This document shows positions 17,358 through 24,640 of a stretch of 32,208 nucleotides of DNA, in pieces. A program made the position numbers and the translations under genes. Numbering within the stretch: position 1 is the stretch's first letter; every line of letters starts with the position of its first letter. The stretch spans positions 1 through 32,208 of the forward strand of contig JAPYWP010000001.1 in NCBI GenBank assembly GCA_028276315.1, in the 5' to 3' direction. The stretch comes from Minisyncoccota bacterium (GTDB lineage: Bacteria > Patescibacteriota > Minisyncoccia > UBA6257 > HR35). Below the pieces are notes generated by a model. That model had not been told where the DNA came from and made no database searches. It worked only from the letters and a program-made list of their open reading frames with translations.

Positions 17358-17690
17358 ATGAGCAATTTAAACCTTTATGAAATAGCATTTTGGACAAAAA
17401 GCGAGGATTTAAATTTTGTAAATGAGATCAAAAATTTTTTAGACCAAAAGGAAGATGAAAAAATTTTAAAAGAGCATCCAAAATTTGGTAAATTATATTG
17501 GATTTTAGGTTATATTCAAAAAACAGAATTGCCAAAATTAGAGAAGTTTTTAAGATCTTCAAAAAATATCAATCAATTTATTATAATAAAAGTAAAAAAG
17601 AAAAAAGTTGAAAAAGAAACCAAAGAAAATAATTTAGAAAAAGATTTAGATAAAAAATTAGAAGAAATTTTAAATTATGAACATCAATAA
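17358..17690 (+). CDS. rpsF: Probable 30S ribosomal protein S6 (divergent)
   Basis: Its position immediately upstream of ssb matches the canonical rpsF-ssb linkage. The N-terminus is LYEIAFW (S6 YEI motif) and a ...FIIIKV block is present. The ATG at 17358 is preferred over the TTG at 17322. Confidence 0.5.
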   Translation: MSNLNLYEIAFWTKSEDLNFVNEIKNFLDQKEDEKILKEHPKFGKLYWILGYIQKTELPKLEKFLRSSKNINQFIIIKVKKKKVEKETKENNLEKDLDKKLEEILNYEHQ

Positions 17691-18096
17691 AGTAATTTTA
17701 ATAGGAAATTTAACACAAAATGTAGATTATAGAGTTTTAAATAATGGTCAAAGTGTTGCAAAATTAACTTTAGCAACAAATAGAGTTTTTACAGATAAAT
17801 CTGGAGAGAAAAGAGAAGAGACAGAATATCATTCTGTAATTGCTTGGGGGAAATTAGCAGAACTTTGTAATAAATTTTTAGAAAAGGGTAGAATGATTTA
17901 TGTTGAAGGAAGACTTAAAACAAGAACTTATGAGAATGCTCAAGGACAAAAAGTTAGTAAAACAGAAATAATTGCTGAAGTTATAAAATTTGGTCCAAAG
18001 CCAAAAGAAAAAGAAAATGCTGAAAAAGAATTAGAAGAAATTGATTTTATAGAGCCCGAGAGTGAAAATTTTGATATCTCGGACTTTGCATTCTAA
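17677..18096 (+). CDS. ssb: Single-stranded DNA-binding protein
   Basis: 139-aa ORF with an OB-fold N-terminus (MNINKVILIGNLTQNVDYR...YHSVIAWGKLAE) and an acidic C-terminal tip DISDFAF. Confidence 0.93.
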   Translation: MNINKVILIGNLTQNVDYRVLNNGQSVAKLTLATNRVFTDKSGEKREETEYHSVIAWGKLAELCNKFLEKGRMIYVEGRLKTRTYENAQGQKVSKTEIIAEVIKFGPKPKEKENAEKELEEIDFIEPESENFDISDFAF

Positions 18097-18097
18097 A

Positions 18098-18283
18098 ATG
18101 GCAGGCTGCGATATTTGTAAAACTAAATATTTAAAAGCAGTCAAAAGAAAAAAAATAAGAAGTAAATACAATCCTGTTAATGTTTATCGCCAGAAAGTAA
18201 ATGTTCAGAAAGTAAGAGTTAATGGAAAAGTACTAAAGCTTTGCCGTTCTTGTAGAAGAAAAGTTTTAAAAATTAAAGGTTAA
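18098..18283 (+). CDS. rpmB: Probable 50S ribosomal protein L28, zinc-ribbon (CxxC...CxxC) form
   Basis: 61 aa from MAGCDICK. The block NVQKVRVNGKVLKLCRSC resembles the L28 core NLQKVRILVNGKPKKVYVS. The protein is very basic. It shows no S18 motifs. Confidence 0.55.
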   Translation: MAGCDICKTKYLKAVKRKKIRSKYNPVNVYRQKVNVQKVRVNGKVLKLCRSCRRKVLKIKG

Positions 18284-19296
18284 AATTTTAAAATATCTTT
18301 TATTTTTTTAAGATGCAATTTTAACATAGCGCAATATCCCCATTCATTGTCATACCAGGAAAATATTTTAACAAGATCACCATCAACTACTCTTGTTAAT
18401 GTAAGATCAACTATAGCTCCATAAGGTTCTTTTAATATATCGCTAGATACAACTTGTTCCTCAACAACTTTTATTATATCTTTCCATTCATCTTTTTTAG
18501 CCTCATTTTTAATTATTTCGTTTATTTCAGAAACCGTAGTTTTTTTCTCTAAAAGTATGGTTAAATCAGATAAAGAACCAGAAATTACAGGAACTCTTAT
18601 AGAAATTCCATCAAATTTATTTTTTAAAAATGGTAAAACTTTTACAGTTGCTTCAGCTGCACCAGTTGTAGAAGGAATAATATTAAAGGCGGCAGCCCTT
18701 CCTCTTCTAAAATCATTTCCTTTAGAAATACTATCAACTAATGATTGAGTATTTGTGTAAGCATGGATCGTAGTTAAAACTGCTTTTTTAATCCCAAAAT
18801 ATTTTTGAATTATAGCTAAAACAGGATTAATAGAATTTGTAGTACAAGACGCATTAGAAGTTATTGATCCCTCATTAAATTCAATTATTTTATCCCAATC
18901 TCCAAGATTGGGAGTTAAAGTTAAAATATCATCTTTTGGTGGCGCAGTTAAAACAACAAATTTTGCACCAGCCTTTATATGTTTTAAAGCTTTCTCTCTT
19001 TCTGTAAAAACACCACTAGCCTCAACTACTATATCTATTTTAAGATCTTTCCATGGCAAATTTTCTGGTTCTTTTTCGTTTAAAATCAAAATTTCTTTAT
19101 CTTTTACTTTAAACTTATTTCCTTCTAAAATAAAATCATCAAATCTACCATAAACAGAATCATATTTTAAAAGATAGGCTAAATTTTCTGGACTTGAAAG
19201 ATCATTTATAGCAACAATATCAAAATCTTTATCATCAATTATTTGTCTAAAAAATATTCTACCTATTCTTCCAAATCCATTTATTGCTATTTTCAT
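18280..19296 (-). CDS. gap: Type I glyceraldehyde-3-phosphate dehydrogenase
   Basis: 338-aa ORF with the N-terminal NAD-binding motif INGFGRIGR and the active-site motif SNASCTTNS. Confidence 0.95.
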   Translation of the reverse strand: MKIAINGFGRIGRIFFRQIIDDKDFDIVAINDLSSPENLAYLLKYDSVYGRFDDFILEGNKFKVKDKEILILNEKEPENLPWKDLKIDIVVEASGVFTEREKALKHIKAGAKFVVLTAPPKDDILTLTPNLGDWDKIIEFNEGSITSNASCTTNSINPVLAIIQKYFGIKKAVLTTIHAYTNTQSLVDSISKGNDFRRGRAAAFNIIPSTTGAAEATVKVLPFLKNKFDGISIRVPVISGSLSDLTILLEKKTTVSEINEIIKNEAKKDEWKDIIKVVEEQVVSSDILKEPYGAIVDLTLTRVVDGDLVKIFSWYDNEWGYCAMLKLHLKKIKDILKF

Positions 19297-20282
19297 GTTA
19301 ATATTTTTTCTTTTATTTTATCTTCTATTTTTTCTTCTTTTTTAATTAATGACCTAAAATTAAATATGAATCTATTTAAAATTCTCTCAAACTCTTGAAT
19401 ATTCGAAAAACTATATCTTAATTGATTATAAGACTTTTCAAATTGATTTGCAAGCTCAACTAAATCTTTTTCCAGTTGATGCAAATTATTTAATATTTGA
19501 TTAATATTTTCGCTAATTTGCTTTCGCGAAGAAAGTAAAAGCAAAGAAGAACACATAACTTCAAAATTTTTTGGAGATGTTATAAAAACAGATTTTTCTC
19601 TTGCATATTCCCAAACTTCATCAAAATCTTTATCAGTTAAAAGTTCATAATAAATACTTTCATTTGCTAAATACATTAAAGCAAATTCTACCGTACCTTT
19701 TGATGGTAAAATATATTTTTTAGAAATACTTTCTATTTGTGCTTTCAATTTTTTTATTAATTCTTTTTTGGTATTTTGTCTTTCATCTTTTGAAAAAATT
19801 CCAGCAAAATTAGAAACTGGAAACTTTGAATCAATAGGAATTAAAATATCATTAATTTTAATAACAAAATCTACCTTATCAGTACCTATAGGATATTGTT
19901 TTTCATAAAGATTTGATGGTAATCTTTTTAAAATTTCTTCAAGCATTCGTTCTCCCAAAAATCCTCTTTCTTTAGGGCCCGAGAGAATTTCTTTTAAAGT
20001 TTTCATTTCTTCAGCGCTTAGCTTAATATCTCTTGTTAATTCTTCTATTTTAAATGTGTACTCCATTATCTTTTCCTGCTTTTTTAATGTACTATCTAAA
20101 TGTTCTTCTACTTCTTTTTTTAAAAGAGAAAAATTTTCTGTAATTTTATTTTGGAGATCCAAAAATTTTTGAAGATCAACATCTTTGTTTTTAATTATAA
20201 AATTTTCCAGATCTTTTTTTAAAAGAAAGTATAATAAAGCTACTGCAATTAGAATTATTAAAATATTTAAAAATAATGTCAT
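19293..20282 (-). CDS. rmuC: DNA recombination protein RmuC family
   Basis: 329-aa ORF with an N-terminal TM helix, a coiled-coil region and the RmuC core RGFLGERMLEEIL...DFVIKI...IPIDSKFP. Confidence 0.75.
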   Translation of the reverse strand: MTLFLNILIILIAVALLYFLLKKDLENFIIKNKDVDLQKFLDLQNKITENFSLLKKEVEEHLDSTLKKQEKIMEYTFKIEELTRDIKLSAEEMKTLKEILSGPKERGFLGERMLEEILKRLPSNLYEKQYPIGTDKVDFVIKINDILIPIDSKFPVSNFAGIFSKDERQNTKKELIKKLKAQIESISKKYILPSKGTVEFALMYLANESIYYELLTDKDFDEVWEYAREKSVFITSPKNFEVMCSSLLLLSSRKQISENINQILNNLHQLEKDLVELANQFEKSYNQLRYSFSNIQEFERILNRFIFNFRSLIKKEEKIEDKIKEKILT

Positions 20283-20647
20283 ACCAATGCTTGAGCTAAA
20301 GAAACTATCCTATCATATCCCCAATCTTTAAATTCTCTTGGAATTGGTCCAAAAATTCTAGTTCCTTTTATATCTTTTTCTTTATCTAAAATAACAGCTG
20401 CATTTTCAAAAAATCTAACATAGCTACCATCTTTTCTTCTCCATGGTTTTTTCTGTCTAACAATTACAGCTCTAACTACTGTACCCTTTTTAATCTCACT
20501 AGTTGGTAATGCTTCTTTTACAGTACATACAATAACCTCTCCTATTTCCGCGTATCTCTTTTTAGAATATCCTGGAATTCCAATACACTGGAGTTTTTTA
20601 ACTCCAGTATTATCAGCTACATTTAAAATTGTTCTATGTTGAATCAT
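20279..20647 (-). CDS. rplN: 50S ribosomal protein L14
   Basis: 122-aa ORF containing MIQHRTILNVADNTG...DGSYVRFFENAAVI...GTRIFGPIPRE. Confidence 0.97.
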   Translation of the reverse strand: MIQHRTILNVADNTGVKKLQCIGIPGYSKKRYAEIGEVIVCTVKEALPTSEIKKGTVVRAVIVRQKKPWRRKDGSYVRFFENAAVILDKEKDIKGTRIFGPIPREFKDWGYDRIVSLAQALV

Positions 20648-21306
20648 ATTTTTTCTCCTTTATAAAGCCAAACTTTTATTCCAACAACACCATAAGTACA
20701 ATAAGCTCTATTTTCAGCATAATCAATAATACTTCTAAAAGTAGAAAGAGGAACTTTACCTTTTGGATCGGTTAACCATTCTGATCTTGCAATTTCAGCA
20801 CCATTTAATCTACCTGAGATTTTTACTTTAACCCCTAAAATTTCTTTATGTTGAAGAGCTCTTTGAATTAATCTTTTCATAACTTTCCTAACAGGCATTC
20901 TTTTTTCTATCTCAATGGCAGCAAGTTCAGCCAATATAGCAGCCGAAGCATATGGTTTTTTAACTTCAATAACTTCTATACCTAACATTGGCATTTGTTT
21001 TTCTTTATAAATTTCATTTAATTTTTCTAAAATACTTTCTTTAAGATCCTTTAATTTTTTACCCTCAGAACCAATAATTAAACCAGGCCTTGCTGTTTTT
21101 ATAATTACGTTTAGTTTCTCATTGCTTGGTCTTTCTATTTCTATTTTCTCAATACCGGCTCTTTTAAATTTTTTATTTATTAAATTTCTAATAACAAAAT
21201 CAACAAATAAATTAAACTTCAAATTAGAAGAAGAGGGAAACCACCTTGATCGCCAATATTCATTTATTCCTATTCTCAAACCTATTGGATTTGTTTTGTG
21301 CCCCAT
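20644..21306 (-). CDS. rpsC: 30S ribosomal protein S3
   Basis: 220-aa ORF starting MGHKTNPIGLRIG, with a KH domain and the C-terminal block GRLNGAEIARSEW. Its stop overlaps the rplN start (ATGA). Confidence 0.97.
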   Translation of the reverse strand: MGHKTNPIGLRIGINEYWRSRWFPSSSNLKFNLFVDFVIRNLINKKFKRAGIEKIEIERPSNEKLNVIIKTARPGLIIGSEGKKLKDLKESILEKLNEIYKEKQMPMLGIEVIEVKKPYASAAILAELAAIEIEKRMPVRKVMKRLIQRALQHKEILGVKVKISGRLNGAEIARSEWLTDPKGKVPLSTFRSIIDYAENRAYCTYGVVGIKVWLYKGEKI

Positions 21307-21321
21307 AATAAAATTAATAAA

Positions 21322-21837
21322 TTATTTATCAATTGATTTTCTTCTAAATATCTTTGGAATAATTATATCAAATTTTGACTTTTGCTCCTTTTGTTCGACT
21401 TCTCTAATTTGCTTTTCTTCTTTTTGCTCTTTTTCAGATTTTTCTTTCTTCTTATTCTTTTTAATTAATTCCTCTATCTCTTTATCAGTTAATTCTTTAT
21501 AACCATCCAATGATTCTAAAACTAATTTTATATGAGAGCTTCTTTTTAAAATTAAGCTTGCTCTACCATAAGCTCTTGGTAAATATCTTTTCAATCTTGG
21601 CCCCTCATTTACTTGAATCTCTTTAATAACTAAATATTCTTTTGGAACTCTTTTTTCTATTGCAAAGCTAGTAATTCCAGATTTAATTAACTTCATCAAA
21701 TCTTTTGCCGCTCTTTTTTTAACATAATTTAAAATAGATATCGCGTCGATAGCTTTTTTTCCTCTAATTAAATCAGCAACTAATCTTACTTTTCTTGGTG
21801 CAATTCTTAAATAATTTAAATAAAATGTCTTTTGCAT
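21322..21837 (-). CDS. rplV: 50S ribosomal protein L22 with a Lys/Glu-rich C-terminal extension of about 60 aa
   Basis: 171-aa ORF. The N-terminal ~110 aa form an L22 core (RIAPRKVRLVADLIRGK...GPRLKRYLPRAYGRA). The tail KKNKKKEKSEKEQKEEKQIREVEQKEQK is low complexity. Confidence 0.93.
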   Translation of the reverse strand: MQKTFYLNYLRIAPRKVRLVADLIRGKKAIDAISILNYVKKRAAKDLMKLIKSGITSFAIEKRVPKEYLVIKEIQVNEGPRLKRYLPRAYGRASLILKRSSHIKLVLESLDGYKELTDKEIEELIKKNKKKEKSEKEQKEEKQIREVEQKEQKSKFDIIIPKIFRRKSIDK

Positions 21838-22163
21838 TATTTATTAAGTGCAGCTTGTGCTGCTTTTAATTTTTGCTCTAATTCTCTTTGTTTTTTACCA
21901 CCATGCTTTATAAACTTTCTTGTAGGAGCAAATTCTCCCAATCTATGGCCAACCATATCTTCTACTACCCTAACCTCTATAAAATTTTTTCCATTATGAA
22001 CAGCAAATGTTAAACCAACCATCTCTGGTGTTATCATTGCTGCTCTATACCAAGTCTTTATTACAGCCTTTTCCCTTTCTTTTTCTGGCAAACTTTTTAC
22101 TTTTTCTACCTTTTTTAATAATTTTTCTGGTACGTAAAATCCTTTTTTAAGGCTTCTTCCCAT
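21837..22163 (-). CDS. rpsS: 30S ribosomal protein S19 (short basic C-terminal extension)
   Basis: 108-aa ORF containing [11 protein letters not shown]...[23 protein letters not shown]...[12 protein letters not shown]. Confidence 0.96.
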   Translation of the reverse strand: MGRSLKKGFYVPEKLLKKVEKVKSLPEKEREKAVIKTWYRAAMITPEMVGLTFAVHNGKNFIEVRVVEDMVGHRLGEFAPTRKFIKHGGKKQRELEQKLKAAQAALNK

Positions 22164-22197
22164 ATTTTGCTTTTTGAATTAATTAGATTTATAATTA

Positions 22198-22206
22198 ATT
22201 ATAACA
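22198..22206 (-). promoter_or_regulatory. Extended -10 promoter element (TGTTATAAT) upstream of rpsS
   Basis: The minus strand reads TGTTATAAT about 35 nt upstream of the rpsS ATG, in the same 15-nt context seen upstream of tuf. Confidence 0.4.
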
Positions 22207-22216
22207 TAAAATAAAG

Positions 22217-22387
22217 ATGGGATTTTTAAGAGGAATTTTTAAAAATATTAATAGCGAAAAATTTTTAGATTTAGCTATTTTAATCTTACTTTTAATCTTT
22301 GTTTTTAATTTAGGATTTATTTTTGGCGCTAAAATATTTAAACAAAGTCCAATAATTATAAACTGCCCAGAATATGGAAATAATTGA
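22217..22387 (+). CDS. Possible small membrane protein (56 aa), not in the supplied ORF track
   Basis: An ATG-initiated frame gives MGFLRGIFKNINSEKFLDLAILILLLIFVFNLGFIFGAKIFKQSPIIINCPEYGNN, with one clean TM helix. A 56-codon stop-free run is uncommon in sequence this AT-rich. There is no clear SD. The antisense 69-aa track ORF is the alternative reading. Confidence 0.3.
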   Translation: MGFLRGIFKNINSEKFLDLAILILLLIFVFNLGFIFGAKIFKQSPIIINCPEYGNN

Positions 22388-22474
22388 TATTTTAGGAATA
22401 ACAATATTTTTTCTTTTCTTTTTATTAATTTTATTTTTTAAATTTTTGGATCTTTATGAAAAATATTGGGAAAC

Positions 22475-22921
22475 TTAATCTTCTTTTGGTTTTACAATTA
22501 CATTTATCTCTGCCTCAATACCATAAGGAAAAATAACTTTTACTTTATGTTCTCCAGTATTTTTAATTTTATTTATATCAACATCAAAATCATCATAAAT
22601 TAAATTCTTTTCCTTTAAAAATTCTTTTATTTTTGAAATTATATCTTTTTTAGAAATTGAGCCAAATATTACTTTATCTTTTTGTACTTTAAGTAAAAAT
22701 TCAAAACTTTTATTATTTAAAATATTACAAATTTCCTTTACTTTCTCTTTTTCTTTTTCCTGATCTTTTTGCTCTTTTTTAATTTTTTTCTCTAAATTTT
22801 CATCAAATAAAACAGCATAGTTATTTGGCTTTAAAAAATTAAAAAAATAACCAGGTTTAACATCTTTAATTTCCCCTTTTTTTGCAACTCCAGGTAATTC
22901 TTTTATAAAATAAACCTTCAT
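22475..22921 (-). CDS. rplI: 50S ribosomal protein L9
   Basis: 148-aa ORF. The N-terminus MKVYFIKELPGVAKKGEIKDVKPGYFFNFLKPNNYAV matches the L9 N-domain pattern. Confidence 0.9.
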   Translation of the reverse strand: MKVYFIKELPGVAKKGEIKDVKPGYFFNFLKPNNYAVLFDENLEKKIKKEQKDQEKEKEKVKEICNILNNKSFEFLLKVQKDKVIFGSISKKDIISKIKEFLKEKNLIYDDFDVDINKIKNTGEHKVKVIFPYGIEAEINVIVKPKED

Positions 22922-22931
22922 AAATATAATT

Positions 22932-23777
22932 TTAATATATTTGGCAAATTGGACAAAAATAACTTGATCTTTGCTTTATTTTTATAACTTTAATTTCACT
23001 ATTACATCTTTTGCATTTTTTCATTTTATAAACTCTTCTATAAAAACCATAAAGACCAATTTTACCATCTAAAAGCCTGTAGTCTGAAATTGAAATTCCT
23101 TTTAATTTTATTGCTTCTTTTAAAATTTTTTTAATATTTTCAAATAAAGCTTTAGCTAATTTTTCATTCAAACTTATACCAAGCGTGTTTGGATTTATTT
23201 TACTTTCCCACAGTGCTTCATCGCTATAAATATTTCCTATACCAGAAAAACAATTTTGTTCCATTAAAATTTCTTTTATTCTTTTCTTTTTCAAAATACA
23301 TTTATAAAAATAATCAAAATCAATGCTTAAAACATCTGGACCAATATCCTCTTTTATCTTTTTTAAAATATCTTCCTTTCCAATTAAATTTTTTGAAAAT
23401 TTTCTAACATCGCAAAGACCTAAATCTAGAGGAAAATCCAAAAAGAAAATAGCTCTTATAAATAAATTTTTAGGATCATCCTTAAGTGGACCATCAATTA
23501 ATGGGAAAATTTTCCCATTTTCTATTTTCCATTTTCCTAAAAGAAGATGCCCTGTTAATTTTTGATGCAAAATCCAAAAAAATCCTTCAGAAAGTTTAAA
23601 AATTATATATTTGCCTCTATTAAAAACATCTAAAATCTTTTTATTTTTAATATTTTCTCTAAAATAATCAAAATTTTTAAAAATCCCAAAAGTATCTGTA
23701 AAAACGTCTTTTATAATAACTCCTTTTATTTTTTTTAAAGATTTTACAGTTGTAATTACTTCTGGTAATTCTGGCAT
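22932..23777 (-). CDS. mutM: Formamidopyrimidine-DNA glycosylase (Fpg/MutM)
   Basis: 281-aa ORF with the catalytic N-terminus MPELPEV, an H2TH region and a C-terminal zinc finger CKRCNSEI...FCPICQ. Confidence 0.92.
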   Translation of the reverse strand: MPELPEVITTVKSLKKIKGVIIKDVFTDTFGIFKNFDYFRENIKNKKILDVFNRGKYIIFKLSEGFFWILHQKLTGHLLLGKWKIENGKIFPLIDGPLKDDPKNLFIRAIFFLDFPLDLGLCDVRKFSKNLIGKEDILKKIKEDIGPDVLSIDFDYFYKCILKKKRIKEILMEQNCFSGIGNIYSDEALWESKINPNTLGISLNEKLAKALFENIKKILKEAIKLKGISISDYRLLDGKIGLYGFYRRVYKMKKCKRCNSEIKVIKIKQRSSYFCPICQIY

Positions 23778-23780
23778 AAA

Positions 23781-24578
23781 TTATTCATTTAAATTTTTCT
23801 CATTTAAAATTTCTAAAAAATTCCAAAGATCTTTTGTGCTGAAAAATTTAACAGAAACTTTTATTTTACCATCTTCTGACTTTTGAATATCAACTTTTGA
23901 CTGTAAAATTTCTTCAAGCTTTCTTTTTAAAAAAGCAATTTCAGGATCTAATTCTTTTTGCTCTTTTTTATTTTCTTTCAATTTTTGTGTCTCTTGCAGT
24001 GTTAAACCTTCATTTATTATTTTAAGAAAAATTTTTTTCTGAAGTTCAACATTTTCTATTGAAAGAAGTATTCTTGCATGAGCTTCTGAAATTTTGCCAC
24101 TTTTTAGCGCTTCTTGAATTTCTTCTGGAAGTTTTAAAAGCCTTATTGTATTTGCAACATAAGCCCTTGATTTTCCTATCCTTGAAGCTATCTCAATCTG
24201 AGTCATACCAAATTCTTCCATTAATCTTGCAAAAGCCTTTGCTCTTTCTATTGGATTTAAATCTTCTCTTTGAATATTTTCAATTAAAGCAACCTCAAGT
24301 TTTGCTTTATCTGATAACTCTTTTATAATTGCAGGAACTGTTTTTAATCCTATAAGTTTTGCAGCTTGCAACCTTCTTTCTCCAGCAACAAGTTCATACC
24401 AAACATCAATACCATTTTCTGTTTGAATTTCTTTTCTCGTAACAATTAAAGGCTCTAAAATCCCAAATTCTTTTATAGACTCAGCTAATTCTTGTAAGCT
24501 TTCAGGGCTAAATATTTTTCTTGGTTGATAAGGATTTGGTAAAATTTTTTCTACTTCAATAAAATATATTTGCTCCAT
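23781..24578 (-). CDS. parB: ParB/Spo0J-family partition protein
   Basis: 265-aa ORF with the ParB box LVAGERRLQAAKLIGLKTVPAII and the HTH segment TQIEIASRIGKSRAYVANTIRLL. Confidence 0.92.
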   Translation of the reverse strand: MEQIYFIEVEKILPNPYQPRKIFSPESLQELAESIKEFGILEPLIVTRKEIQTENGIDVWYELVAGERRLQAAKLIGLKTVPAIIKELSDKAKLEVALIENIQREDLNPIERAKAFARLMEEFGMTQIEIASRIGKSRAYVANTIRLLKLPEEIQEALKSGKISEAHARILLSIENVELQKKIFLKIINEGLTLQETQKLKENKKEQKELDPEIAFLKRKLEEILQSKVDIQKSEDGKIKVSVKFFSTKDLWNFLEILNEKNLNE

Positions 24579-24640
24579 GTTTTAATTATACAATATTTTT
24601 TAAAAAAATAAAATTTATTAAAAGATTTTATAATAATCTT

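Noticed and set aside
22195-22404. 69-aa minus-strand ORF between rplI and rpsS
   Set aside because: It has a TTG start and a low-complexity KxK repeat sequence. It is the antisense reading of a cleaner plus-strand ATG ORF with a TM helix. It is kept only as the less likely alternative.
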